From positions 1-33,178 of the forward strand of contig RBNJ01000321.1 of assembly GCA_003990765.1 (NCBI GenBank): DNA of 33,178 nt, given 5' to 3'. The position numbers and the translations under genes were made by a program. The notes beneath the pieces are model-generated. The model was not told the origin of the DNA. It was given only the letters and a program-made list of their open reading frames with translations, and searched no databases. Source of the stretch: Jimgerdemannia flammicorona (taxonomy: Eukaryota). Shown piece by piece: positions 1-12,399 of this stretch (the first letter of the stretch is position 1; every line of letters starts with the position of its first letter).

Positions 1-1156
1 CCATGGATTTTTATTAGAAGGGAACCTAGACTATATAGGCCAAAACCCTCCCCCACCACCTATCAAGCACTGCCCCCCCATTAACCTAGGCTAGCTATTA
101 TCCAGTAGCTCGACCATGCCAGGCGCAGCAGGGCCAATGGTGGCCCATACCTCATTCTGTGCACCATGCTCTCCCTACTACCAGGGGAAACCCAACAATA
201 CACTAATGACCAAAAGTGCATGCCCTAGAACCCAATGTATGTACAAGGCCACACCCGAGCCAAATGGAATAGCCTCTGCCACTCTAAAGAGAATGACAGA
301 CAAAGAAAAACCCTCATCAAAGCACAACATGGTGAGTAGGGTCTGGTTCTCCCAGTCGAGGTGAGTAAAGGACTTACATATGAGGTGGGAGGAGACCCCC
401 AATACCCCACTACTCAAGCCTGTGGGCCTCGATCACATTGCCATATCAGCTCCCAGTTCCAGTTGAGTACAGCCAAGATACCTGAAATGGGTAGCCTCGG
501 GCCCCCCGACCCCACCTGATGACTGGGGCCTAACCTGCCAATCTGCCAAAAGAAGCCAAGAGTGACACCTACCACCTAACTGCACCGCACCAATCAAAAG
601 GCTCCACTGAAGCAGCATCTGCCCCAGCCCCAATGACTGCTCTCAGCCTGGCACCCTACTGGTTCACCATTATTGTCCTTCCTCCTATCTGTGACAGCCA
701 TCTCCCCTCCCAACCCAATAACACCTGAAAAGCAGTCACCTATGCCAGAACTGCGCTCACCAGGAAGCTCGCCAAAGCCAGAGAGCCCCATTACAGGCAC
801 TGAGGACCTGCAGGTAACCTACACTGAGCACTTGATGCCCAAGGTTGGTTGACTCCCTACATAGCCCAAGATACACCGAGACAGCACCTTGTTGGTGATG
901 GCAAATGGAAGAAGGCACCACACCAAAATGGATGCACTCCAGATGCAGCCGAAGATACCAGAAACTGTGAAAAAGTGGAGAAGACACAGATCTGACACTG
1001 ATAAAGGGGCAACTCATTACCATTGCCCTCCTCCCACCATGTCCATGCAGGTACAGCAAACCAACCTGAGGTAGAGGGGGTAATAATAGGGGAAAGGGAA
1101 TCCAGAAGATTGTCTACCAAACCTTGTGACTGGTAAGGAAGCAGAGAAAGGAGCTG
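1..1156 (-). mobile_element. Non-autonomous poly(A) retroposon 'B', copy 1 (3' tail lies just outside the window)
   Basis: Colinear homology with 14990-16159, e.g. GATTTTTATT.GAAGGGAACCTAGACTATATAGGCCAAAAC at both starts. Both copies end at GCAGAGAAAGG.GCT. No RT or EN motifs were recognised. Confidence 0.7.
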
Positions 1157-1434
1157 TTGATAGGTGACTTGCTGACAGAGTGGTGGGTGGGATGAGGTCC
1201 ACAGGGTGGGCATTGCTGCAGGCTGGTGTAGGAAATTTGTGGACAGAGTAGTGGGCAAGTGGTAGTAATTAATGACCTAGTGGTCTTTAATAGAGAGGGG
1301 GTTAGGGGGGAGAGGGGGGCCTTCCCCCTTGGGGGATTGGGTAGGGGTAGGATTGGTATATTATATTAGATAGATTGATATATTAATAAAGGAAGGAGTC
1401 CAAGAGACTATAAAAAAAAATAAAAAAAAAAAAA
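1153..1434 (+). mobile_element. 3' end of an L1/Tx1-like LINE (family A) with poly(A) tail
   Basis: Translates as DLLTEWWVG*GPQGGHCCRLV*EICGQS, homologous to the ORF2 C-terminus at 7290-7450 (DTLTGWWLGWGMRGGRRCRLVEKICGQS). It ends AATAAAGGAAGGAGTCCAAGAGACTAT followed by an A-run to 1434. Confidence 0.85.
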
Positions 1435-2541
1435 GAGGTGAGATCTGCATGCCATATATCTGGTGGTAGAAGGGTTGCCAACTCTTAGAAGACAGGAGAC
1501 TAAGGGAATAGTAGCAGAGGCACTGGTGGGCTTTGGTGAGATAGTTAACTTCAGATTCATGTTCTGGGAGGGAACTAAGCTGAGAAATGGCAACTGTGAG
1601 GTGATTATAAGGCTGGAGGGCAAGGAGGCCATGGGCTTGGTAGGGACTGGCCAGAGGTGATTCAGGTTGGAAGTCAAGAGTACAAGGTGTGGAGGAGGAA
1701 GGGATTAGAGCAGGAGGAGGTGGAATTGTTACTGGCTCTGGAGGATAGGGAGGCTGTGAAGAAATTGAGAAAAATGAGATGAGAGGAGTTTGTGAAGGAC
1801 TGGATATGGGTTCTGACTGATGGAAAGAGGAAGAGATAGAGGAAAGAGAACTGAGAATACCTGCAGATGGTCCTCTAGGGTTCACAGAAAGAGGAGGTGG
1901 CAAGGGTGGAAGTGGCCAGAAATCAGATAGAGGAGGTAGAGACAGCTGAGGTGTCATTTTTGCAACTAGGTGGTGTGGAGAGTTCAGCTCATATACCAGT
2001 GACAGAGAAGTGGGCTGATAAGGAGAAGGAGAGAGAAGAGAGTTTTGAGGAAGCTACAGAGATAGTGCTGGAAACTCAAGTGGAGGACATTCAGATAGTA
2101 GGAGTAGCAAATATTCATTGGGAGTATCCAGAGGCTAGTGAGGTTATATAGCTGGAGAAGATAACTGAGGAGAATGACCTGGTGGATGTGGCCTCTGATG
2201 TCTCAGTTGATAAAGAGATACTTCAGAAGTTGAGTAGAACTCCCAGGCCAGCCACTCCAGGGCCACTGGTGATGATAACTGATAGTTGGTTCCAGGCAGT
2301 ACTTGAGGAGCTTGTGGAGGAAGATATCAAGAAAGTGGATATATTTTATAGATCTCGGGAGACTTGGGAGAAATTCCTCAATATCACTTTGCAGGGACCA
2401 AAATTGGTGGCAGCAATGGTAGCAGTACTACTGGATGATAAAGGATATGAAGTTGATGAGGCCAGGATGGCTGATATCAGGAAAGTGGTGTTAGAATGAG
2501 TGGATTCATTCTGTGATAGTATGAATGGGGCATGTATTTGG
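1435..2541 (+). pseudogene. LINE family C ORF1 fragment (copy C')
   Basis: Colinear with 19459-20565 (VEGLPTLRRQETKGIVAEALVGFGEIV; NITLQGPKLV; ARMADIRKV). It is cut at 2541 by the 5' end of the next LINE. Confidence 0.8.
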
Positions 2542-3185
2542 TATATCTTTTTTTCTCCCCTACTATTCACATAATACAAACTTTGAAACATACTTTTAAA
2601 CTATTTATTGGAGAAAGATTCTAAGGTCATGGCAACCAATAAGTAAGCTGACATACATACTAAGTCAGATGGACCTGGAGCCTTTGACTGGCAATATATC
2701 AGGCAAGGGTATGGACTAGGAATGGAGTCTTTTGGTAGTCTAAGTGAGCAGGGCAGTTCAGGCAGTGGCAGCAGGACTGGAGGAGGGGCAGGAGGGCAGA
2801 GAGAGAGGAGCTTTGCAGATATGCTGAAGACTAGAGGATGGTCTGCTAGTACTTGTAGCAGGCAGGCAGGAGGGAAGAGAAAGCAGAGGGAAGGAGAAGT
2901 GGGAGGTATTGGACCTCAGCCAGTGAGTAGAAGGGCTGGTGGAGTAGCAGCTGGGAGTAGAGGGGAAACTGCTGATAGTAGCATGACTGGGAATCTGGAA
3001 AAAAATCCAGATATGATTGTTGATAGCAGAGCTGGGCAGATGAGCCCAAATAGGAAGGGAGACCTGACAGATAGTGTGATGGAGCTGACAGTGGCACCAT
3101 TACTCAAGAAGTCAATCTTGGAGTTTGCATTGACCTTGTGCTTCCAGGGCTTGACTATGATGGCAAGGATAGTTTTGGGGATTAT

Positions 3186-3958
3186 TGTAATAACTCTCAC
3201 TTCTACCTCTCTCTTATCCTTTGGATAATTAGAGAAGTAAGACTATTACTTAGGGACTTAGTACACAATGTGTACTAAGAAGCCTTCAGTTTGAGGAAGC
3301 ACTTGCTTAAAGGTAGTTGTAGTAGCAGTATCTTCTATTTCAAAGGTCTTTCTCTGGTTTGCCCTATCTTTTAAGGGTCTTGTTCTTTGCTATGCACAGA
3401 CTGAATTTGCCTTGGAATTCAGGTTCAATAGGTTTACTTAAGTCTTTGGAGATTTATATACCAGTCTCAGTTCTGGCAGAAGTTAGCTAGGCTTCTGGAG
3501 TTTAGTCAGAAACACTAGAGTTATTTAGATGTCATTACTAAGACTCAGGGGAATATATGTGTGTGGGGGGGAGTTAATTCTTGTATCAAGGACTGAACTA
3601 AAACTGCTTTATTTCAGATGGAAACTGGGGGGTATTTATACAAGTTGGTCTATAATTTCTGACTATGTATGAGTGACTAATTTGGTAACTATGGTGAGGT
3701 TTGTGATCACAATATCTATTGCTAGGCAATGATCAGTATTGCTGTAGTACTGGTTGCTGTGGTACCAATTACTGCAGATAAGCTAGTTGGTACTGCAGTA
3801 CCGATTACTAGGAATAAGCTGGATGTCATTTATTTACATTGTTCCCATTGTTCATTACATTATATTCATTGTTCATAATATAGTATATTGTGCTCAATCA
3901 TATGATGACATCATCACTGGATCATGTGATCACTCATTGTATCACTTATTCTATTACA
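3186..3958 (-). repeat. 3' LTR (773 bp)
   Basis: TG...CA termini with the inverted end TGTAAT/ATTACA. Direct repeat of 14262-16262. Minus-strand TATAAATA at 3633-3640 and AATAAA at 3608-3613. Confidence 0.95.
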
Positions 3959-3970
3959 TCCTTCCCTCCT
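3959..3970 (-). promoter_or_regulatory. Polypurine tract
   Basis: AGGAGGGAAGGA on the minus strand directly abuts the 3' LTR. Confidence 0.9.
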
Positions 3971-4791
3971 TAGAAATCAATATTCTCATTGATTCGAAAA
4001 TTGAGAACCAGAGGGAAGAGAGGTGGAGAGTCTTTCTCAGGGTTATTACTATCTTCTTCAGTAGTAGGGGTGGTTGCTGATAGCTCACTGTCTAGGATAG
4101 AGAAGTCAATGAGGTCTGCAAATGGTTCTTGTATTGGGATAGGTGCTGGTGTAGGAGTTCTCCATCTGATGTGGTTAGGACCATCCAAGTAGAGTTCTTA
4201 GTCCTTATACCTGGGGATATCCATCTGGATAGAGGGTCCTTCAAGGTCAGAGAGGCCTTGGAGCCACTGGTCTGGGTTATCATTCAGGAGGGGACTCTAG
4301 TGAGGCTTGATGTCAGTAGACTTGAGGGCAATCCAGGAGTTGGCTTCTTGGGCAACTCTGATCTCTAGGGCATCAACCTCAGAAAAAAAGAGGTTCTGGA
4401 AGTCCTTCAGTTGTATGTAGTTGAGGTTGGAGATTGCAAAGGGTATATGGTGTATAATTTGATGAACCTTCTTGGTAAGTCTTTGCTCATGCCTATCCAG
4501 GTGGGTCCAGTCAGAGATCTGATCAGTAGGTAGGCCATTTGTATGTTACAGAAGCTGGTGGCCAATTTCATATTCATGCCAGATTTTTAGACAGCTGGTA
4601 GCAAGGTAGGCCCTTTCGATAAGTTCACAGTGGTCAAGGACATACTGTCCTAAGTCCAGGCTGGAGAGGTTAAGGCCCTTAGAGTGGCGATTCCTTTCTT
4701 AGATAGCAATCTGGATATGTCCAAAGAGGTAGTCAATCTGGCTTGAGAGGGGCTGGCTATGGTGGGCAGTTTGGTAGTAGGTAGTAGGCAT
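3970..4791 (-). pseudogene. Extra ORF (ORF3) of the LTR element, 273 codons, unknown product
   Basis: ATG 4791 is in frame with TAA at 3970-3972 with no frameshift. Four internal stops (TAA, TAA, TAG, TAA) are each one C>T away from Gln. Begins MPTTYYQTAHHSQPLSSQIDYLFGHIQIAI and ends FRINENIDF. Confidence 0.65.
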
Positions 4792-5454
4792 TCTTGTCTT
4801 GTCTTTTCTTTGTGAGGAGAGGAGAATAAGAGTTGCAGGGTATTCTTATCTTGGATAATTATACTTATTCACCTATCTGGTGTTACCTTCTTTTGGTCAT
4901 ACTTTCCAGTAAAATGTTTGATCTGTTGCTATAAGCAGAGCATGTGCTGGTTATATGAGAAAATTCTGATTTCAAAGATATCATCACTTGTAGTCATGGT
5001 TATACAGAGTTAACAGGTCTTGGTCCTCTTTTTTTTTTATCTGGTTGGTGTATTTGTGACTGGCCATCCTTGTTTAGGGTGAGGGCTCTCATTGTCACAG
5101 CTGGGGGTTTGAACCTCTTGGAAAGAGACTTTCTTGTAATCTAAGGCAATTCTTAGTAATAATATCTGTCACGTGGATGGACTTAGACTGGTTTTAACAC
5201 CATTGGCTTTTCTAAGTTCTATATGAAGCATCTGTCATCATCCAGCAGAGATGACACAGATGGTGTAAAATGGAGTTGTTCAAATGTGTTTTGCTATACT
5301 ATGCTAGGTTGTTCTTTGCCTGAGTGTCTTCTTATTGGTTATCTATAGTGTTCCTTTTTCTGCAATATTCAGTATTATATGTTTCAGATAAAATATATAG
5401 TATCCTTCTGCTCACTATAGACTCCAATTCTTAGAGCAGCAGTTCCTTCCATTG

Positions 5455-6900
5455 CTAGGGAGTGAGTGTTTCTATATAGTCCTGGAGGGCTTCATGTATA
5501 TTCTTCAGAACTTCTTCTTTTTCCCAGGTAGCATCATGGGTGGAGTAACCCTTCCACTTGATGAGGAAAAACTGCTTGACAGTTTTGGGGTATTTGTGGA
5601 TCTTGTGGTCAAGTACTTCCTCAATTTCAAATTCCTCATAATTATTGATCCAAATTGGGGGTGGTGGTGGAACTGTATGTTTGGAGAATGAGTTCTCATG
5701 ATAGTCCACCAATTGACTGATATGGAATACTGGGTATACTCGGATATTATAGGGAAGTTGCAACTTGTAGTTGACTTAACTGACTTTTTCCATAATCTTG
5801 TAGGGTCCAATTCTCCTAGCGTAGGGTTTCTTAGCTAGTTGTTATGCCAGAGTGTCTGGGTGGAGGTGGTCTGTTCTGAGCATAACTATGTCACCAATGT
5901 TGTAGGAGACTTCTCTTTGCTGCAAGTTTGCATACTTAGTCTAGTAGTCTTGTGCTTCCATGAGGGCATCTCTTGTCATTCAAGTAAGATCAGAAATAGT
6001 CTCAGCCAGATCTTGGACTACTGGGACTGCTGATTTCACAGTAGTACTCAGGGTCCTTGGGTGTTGACCATGGTTCAGGAAGAATGGAGTCTTCTTCATA
6101 GAGGTTTGCTGGCTATTGTTGTAGACAAACTTGGTATGGGCTAGGTACTTATCCCAATCATTTTACTTGTAACAGCAGAAAATGCTAAGCATCTGTTTGA
6201 GAGTCGTGTTGGTTTGCTCAGTTTGATCATCAGTCTGAGGGTGGTAGACAGTAGAGAACTTCAGCTTGGTTCCATGGAGAGAGAAGAATGCCTTCCAGAA
6301 GTTACTTGTGAACTTGGCATCTTGGTCAGATACAATAGTACTAGGCATGCCATATAGCCTGAATACTTAGTTGAGGAAAATCTTGGCAATCTCTGGTGCT
6401 GTAGCAGTGGTCTTTGTGGGTGCAAAATGGGCTTGTTTACTTAGATAGTCTATGAATACCACAATTGTATCCCATTCTGCCCTAGTTTTGGGGAGTTGGA
6501 CAATGAAGTCCATTGCAATCTGATCTCAGTTGTGACTCAGGATTGGTAGTGGTTGCAAAAGTCCTACTGGTAGCTTATTACTACTTTTGAACCTTTGGTA
6601 CATCTTGCATAAGGCCATAAAGTTTTTGATGTCCTTGGTCATCTTTGGTCAGTAGAACTCTCTTGAGAGGTGGTTTTAGGTCTTTTCAAAACCAAAATGT
6701 CCTACTCTAGGAGTATCATGGAGTTCCTGCATGATCTTGAGTTACAGAGTATCATTGTTGGGTACAATCACTCTGTCATGGTCCCTGTAGATAAGTCCAT
6801 CATGGTAAGTGAATCTCTTGAACATTTGCCTCATGAGTTCTGAGACCCTGGCTTCTGGGTCTTGGCAGAATTGAAGAAATTTCATCAGGGGGCTATCCTG
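5455..6900 (-). pseudogene. Integrase with GPY/F motif and C-terminal chromodomain
   Basis: HDTPRVGHFG (His pair of the HHCC), IAMDFIVQLP, IVSDQDAKFTSNFW, STVYHPQTDDQTEQTN, IGPYKI, VYPVFHISQL. Chromodomain FEIEEVLDHK..FLIKWKGYSTHDATWE at ~5490-5640. Confidence 0.93.
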
Positions 6901-7163
6901 CTGGTAGCCATCCTTGATCATCTGGGTCAGATCTCTAATTACTTCAACCATGAAGACAAGTTCATCTTCTATATATCTGGAGAAATTATCAGCCACATGG
7001 TTGGTTTTGCCTGGGATATACTTGATTTCCATATCAAAGTTGGTAATAATTTCCATCCAGCAGGCTTGTCTGTAGGTCAGCATGGGCTGTGTGTGAATGT
7101 ATTGCAGGGTATGGTGATCAGTGTAGGCCACAAATAGTTGTCCTAGGAGGAAATGACACCATT

Positions 7164-7165
<2 letters not shown>

Positions 7166-7230
<65 letters not shown>

Positions 7231-9930
7231 GTTACTTGGACTCCACCTTTATTACCAGTCTATGAATAAATATACATCATTCTGACCCACTATCCAATCC
7301 CCACTGGGGGGCCCCTCTCTACTTCCTCACGAATAAAGATCACCCTTTCACCCACTACCCCCACTCTCCCCTCACTTTGTCCACAGATTTTCTCCACCAA
7401 GCGGCACCTCCGACCACCCCGCATTCCCCAACCCAGCCACCAGCCGGTTAAGGTATCTTCCATGAGCCTATGCCATCGCAACAGCCGGTCCCCCAAGCTC
7501 TGCCTCCGCCCATCCTCAAAAACAAACAGCCAATGACTGGCCAACCCCACCCAAATTGCCAAAGCCCAACCTAAAGTAAGCCACTCCTTCCCTACCCCCC
7601 CTACCAATCTAACCCGCAAGTCCTCCCATCACCCCTGTACTTCATCACTCCTACCCCGTACCCCTAAGCAATTCCCGATTGTCCGCCAAAAATCCCCCAA
7701 CACCTCACACTCTCCTAGCCAATGTTCTGGCATCTGTACATAACCCCCCTCCTGCCCGACATTATGGCACTCCTCACAGTCGAAGTAACCCCCTACCACC
7801 AGGTGCCCTGAGCGAAAATTGAGCATAACGTTCCTCTGCAGCATGCGCCACCAGTCCACCCAGTACTTTGGCGGCAGCCATGTTCGCACTGCAGCGCTCC
7901 AGGTCCAAACACTATTCCAGTTCCACTCTTCACCAATTCCAACTCCTTGCCAACCGCTAGGCCACAGATCCTGGCCTGGTCCCCTTTGGCATTCCATTAC
8001 ATCACCAATGTCGAACTCAACTAATGGAGCACCACCCAGCAGTATATGGTCCCATCTCCACATCGCCGGGTCCCAATTCTCCTCACCCTCATTCCCCTGC
8101 CAACAAATACCAATGCGGTGCACTCCTTCAGCAATTCCCCACCAAAATCCTTTATAATGTAGTTGGGCAGTGTTCTGAAGCCCAACCAAGGAGAGGAGAT
8201 CACCAGTTGAGCCCCTCGGTGATGCCCGCCTCTCCCACAACTTCTGTAACAGAGGAACCCATCCACCTCCTCTCAACTCCACCACCCTCTTCAGCCACCA
8301 TGCTCTCAAGTAGTATAACCATTTTGGGAAGTCAACCAGCCCAAGACCGCCTCTTGTCACTGGTAGGGACAAGGTCTCCCAACTAATCTGACTCTGCCTG
8401 CCAGCCCAAATCCAACCCTTCGCTGACTTCATCAATCTCTTCACTACCCAGGATGGGAAGTCTAGATGATACGCCAGGTACCACAACTTAGGCATCCAGT
8501 AGACATTCAAAATCGAGATCTGCCCTACCAGAGGAAAATGTCTACCCCCCCAACTTCGCAGAGCCTCCTCCCAGATTCCAATCCTCTGCTCCCACCAAAG
8601 CCTGGGCAGAACTGACCCATAAACTGACAAGTAAATACCTAAGTACCGCACTGCTTCACCAGTGGGGACAATTGTTCCTATAACCTCTCCTCCCACCAGG
8701 CTGTTACTAAGTACCATCGTCTCACACTTATGCCAATTCAGCTTAGCTCCAGAATGCTCCTCATACCACTCCACAGTCCTCTTGAGCTCCTCAACATCAG
8801 CGATCGAACCCAAGCCCACCACCATGTCGTCAGCAAAGGCCCCAACTTTCCATCCTATGCCAAAGACAGAGAGCCCCACTATCCTCTACCTTATCCAGTC
8901 CATAAGTGGTTCCAGGGAAAGAGTGTACAAAATGGGGGACAATGGATCCCCCTGGGGCACTCCCCTTCTCAAGGGGAATGCTACCCCTCTATGTCCATTA
9001 CACATGAGTGCAGCCCTACTCCCTTCCAGCAGGCTGACCATCGTTGACTGGAATTGATGTAGTACCCCCATTCTATCCAAGACTTTCTCCAGCCAGACTC
9101 TCCGCACCTGGTCATAAGCCTTCTCCTGGTCTAAGAAAACTAGACGCCCATCCAGTCCGCATGCCCTCGCCCCTTCGATGATGCCATGCACCCAGGCAGT
9201 GCCATCCCTTATGAGCCGACCACCTACAAATCCCCTCTGCTCAACACCCACGACTTGCTGGGCTACCTTCTGTAGTCTCGCCACCACCACCTTAGTCACC
9301 AACTTTCTGTCCATATCTAGCAGCATTATTGGCCGCCAGTTCTTCCAATCCTCCCGCCTTCCTTTGCTTTTGTAGAGTAGCGTCACCAGCCCAAGGTCCT
9401 GTTCTCCCACCCATCTTCCTGTCTGTAGAATAACGTCACACAACGCTGTCATCTCTTCCATCACCCCTGGGACTTCAACCATTTGCTTCCAAAAGTCCCA
9501 GGGCAGCCCATCCTCCCCAGGCGCTGTATCGGACATTGTCACGGCAAGAACCTGGTGGATCTCATCCTCCTGTACAGGCATCACCAGGTCCCCTAGCCCT
9601 TCAACTTGTGGTGGGTGCCAATTCTCCAATGTTCGTTCAATTGTAGTGGCATCCGCCCCACCTTCCTCCTCACTCCACAATCCACTCCATCTCTCCTTCA
9701 GCGATCCAAGAATGTCCTATACCCCATGCACCAGTATACCCTCAGAGTCCAATACCCCTTCCCACTGTTGCTGGACCCACCTCGCCCTAAGGGCCCTCGT
9801 AAGAAGCTTGGAAGGCCTCTCTCCTTCCTCCAGATCCTGCCAACGAAGCCGTGCTGCCAAACTCTGTACCCTTGCCTCTTCCTCCTCCCGCAATACCTGT
9901 TAAAGTTCCCCAACCTCCATTTTTGCCCTC
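7166..9930 (-). mobile_element. Young 5'-truncated L1/Tx1-like LINE inserted in the RNase H of the LTR element
   Basis: 62-nt T-run at 7166-7227. Perfect TSD GAAATGACACCATTCC (7150-7165, 9931-9946). Removing the insert restores LQEWCHF|LLG. Confidence 0.96.
7290..9929 (-). pseudogene. LINE ORF2 fragment: reverse transcriptase plus C-terminal Cys/His motif
   Basis: One frame with four stops. Motifs: APGEDGL, WRPIMLLDMDRKL, QRGFVGGRLI, LDQEKAYD, GVPQGDPLSPILY, AFADD, VRYLGI, GGLGL, CEEC-x14-HWLGEC. Confidence 0.93.
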
Positions 9931-9946
9931 GAAATGACACCATTCC

Positions 9947-11060
9947 TGGAGTACAGTAATAATGGTCAGGAGTTCCTTCTCATGGGTGGTGTACTGGGTC
10001 TCAGCTGGCTTGAGCTTTTGGAAAAGGTAGGCCACTGAGCAGTCTTCTTGACTAAGCACTGCCCCAATGGTAATATCAGAGGCATTTGTGGTCAGAGTGA
10101 ATGGCCTGGTAGGGTTAGGTGCAATTAGCACTATAGCCTCAGTAAGAAGTCTCTTGAGATGGTCCATAGCCTGGATACATTTGGAGGTCTATTCAGTTTT
10201 GATATTTACTCCTTTGTGGGCCCGGCTGGTCAGTGGGACTGCAATAGCAGAGTATCCTTAGATAAATCTTCGGTAATAACCAGTAATTCCCAAGAAGCAC
10301 TATAGTAGCTTGAGGGTAGTAGGGATAGGAATATCCTTGAGGGCTGATACCTTTCAGGGGTCCACATTGATACCTTCAGCAGAGATGATATGTTCTAGAT
10401 ACTCAATCTGGTCTTGATAGAACTTGCACTTGCTCATCTTAGCATAGATCTGGTGTTCTCACAGAAGGATCAGTATCTGTCTGAGGTGGGTGTAGTACAA
10501 CTCCACTGTTTTGCTGTAGATTAGTATATCATCAATATACACAAGGACACAGATATTGAGGAGTGGTCCAAAGATATCATTCATCAGATACTGAAATGTT
10601 GTAGGTACATTGGTCAAATCAAAAGGCATGACTCAGAACTAGTAGTGTCCAAACTGTATTCAGAAAGCTGTCTTCTCAATGTCTTTCTCATCAATGAGAA
10701 TCTGGTGGTAGCCATTTCACAAGTCTAGTAGAGAAAAGGTCTTGGCCTTGAAGATTTGATATAACAACTCATCAATCCTAGGCAAGGCATACTGGTTCTT
10801 AATGGTGATCTTGTTGAGGGCTCTATAGTCAATATATATTCGCAGAGAGCTATCCTTCTTCTAGACAAATAAAATGGGGGCTCCAAATGGAGAGTGACTG
10901 GGTTCAATGTATCCTTGGGCCAGTAGTTTGGTCAACTCATTCTTGAGGGTCTTGAGCTCAGGTTGAGCCAGTTGGTAGATACTCTTGTATAGGGGTTTAG
11001 ATCCTAGAATAAGATCAATTCCATATTGGATTTGGTGCTTGGGGAAAAAGTTCTTGGGGT
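9947..11060 (-). pseudogene. Ty3/Gypsy reverse transcriptase and RNase H (RNase H continues at ~6980-7149)
   Basis: [43 protein letters not shown] (~10530), TTNASDITIGAVLSQ, YTTHEKELL, AYTDHHTL. Confidence 0.92.
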
Positions 11061-11269
11061 CTTGGAATACATCTTAGAATTCCTCAAATAGTTCTTGAGC
11101 TTCTGTTGGGATTAGACTACTTGTAGCTTCAGTGACTTCTTATACTATATCAATAAAGTAGGTGTTTCCCTTTTTTCTAGAGAGTCTCTTCATTTGAATG
11201 GCAGAGATAATTTCAATTCCTTGATGGTTGGTGCCTTCCTGGGGTGTCAGAGTGATCTTTCTGCCTTCA

Positions 11270-11600
11270 TGAGTCAGGTTAATCTCGTTGGTTCTCCAGT
11301 TGATATCTGGGTTATACTGGGTCAACCAGGCTTTTCTTAGGATAATATCTTATCCTGAGAGGTCTACAATGCTGAAGTCCAACTTCTCTTGATATTTGCC
11401 AATCTTGAGTAAGAGGTCTTCACAGATCTTAGTCAATGGTGCAGTTTTACTATCACTAAAGTTAACACTTCATTTCTCAGTGGCTGGTCTGCTTCAGGCT
11501 CCAATCCTCTTGGCAGTCTTGGTGCTGATATAGTTTCCAGTAGCACCACTATCAAGCAAGACATTGACATTCTGTCTGTGGACTTAGCCTGTAAATTTGA
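11270..11600 (-). pseudogene. Retropepsin aspartic protease
   Basis: NVLLDSGATGNYIS (Asp codon at 11553) and DIILRKAWLTQYNPDINW. Confidence 0.9.
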
Positions 11601-11929
11601 TGCAACTGTCCTCCTTTTTGATGGTGTTGAGCTCTTCATCTTCATTGTTGTCCCAATTGCTGTCAGTCTCCTCAAAGTCAGTTTCTCCCCATCCTTTATA
11701 AGGAGGGTTGTCTTGTTTGGGTTTCTCAGTCTGTTTGGACTTGGTGCTTCTCAGATTGAATTTTGAAAACTTTGGAGAGGCATGTATGGTATTCAACAAT
11801 ATGTTCTATGCAGTATATTCAGATAGAATGAGGGCATCATCTACATGATGCATAACCATCTACAATTCTCTTATACCAGTTTTCATCATCTTCCTTCATG
11901 GTAGTGACTCTTTGACTGAGAGGTTTGTT

Positions 11930-12343
11930 GGTTGATTCAAAACCTTTCTTGCCATAGTCTGTCTGAGAGAGCTCAGAGACTTCTTCAATGGTGAGATCTT
12001 GACAGATTTCTTCAATGATTGCTTGGACAATTCTTTGGCCTGTTTTGACTTCAAATGATATGTCTCCAAAATTTTGCAAGATAACATGGATTTCACCAGT
12101 AAAATCTTAGTGAACTACTCCTCCTCCTAGCCCAATGTTGAACTCTTTGGCTAGGCTACTTTGCTCAGCAAGACAGATATATGTTCCTTTGGGAGCTTAC
12201 ATTGCAATCTCTATTCATACTGTAGCATTGGTACTTGGTGGAATAGTGAGGTCTTGGCTGCTATAGAGGTCATATCCAGCATCAGTTGGGTGGGCCTTAG
12301 TGGAGATGGTAGTCTTGTACTATAACTTCTGTACTTTGATGAC
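11930..12343 (-). pseudogene. dut: Trimeric dUTPase domain, degenerate
   Basis: All five motifs appear in order: TDAGYDLY, AEQSSLA (RSS), GGGVVH*DFTGEI, GQRIVQ, TDYGKKGFEST (RGxxGFGST). Confidence 0.92.
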
Positions 12344-12399
12344 ATTTTCAGGAGTTTTCTTCTCTGAACCTTCTCCAATGATAGTAATGTTCTGATTAC

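Noticed and set aside
3970..4791. Calling ORF3 an env gene
   Set aside because: No signal peptide, transmembrane segment or Cys pattern is visible.
5229..5263. Small hairpin CATCTGTCATC..GATGACACAGATG and an LTR-like snippet at ~4846-4860
   Set aside because: Both are too short to distinguish from chance without other copies.
7166..7227. Long homopolymer as a sequencing artefact or terminator
   Set aside because: It is explained as a LINE poly(A) tail bounded by a TSD, although its exact length may be unreliable.
9787..10167. 126-aa ORF that looks like a novel RNase H fusion
   Set aside because: It is chimeric read-through from the Gypsy RNase H into the inserted LINE at 9930, out of frame.
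11930..12343. Idea that the dUTPase counters the observed C>T hypermutation
   Set aside because: dUTPase removes dUTP from nucleotide pools and does not prevent cytosine deamination in integrated DNA. The element is as decayed as its neighbours.
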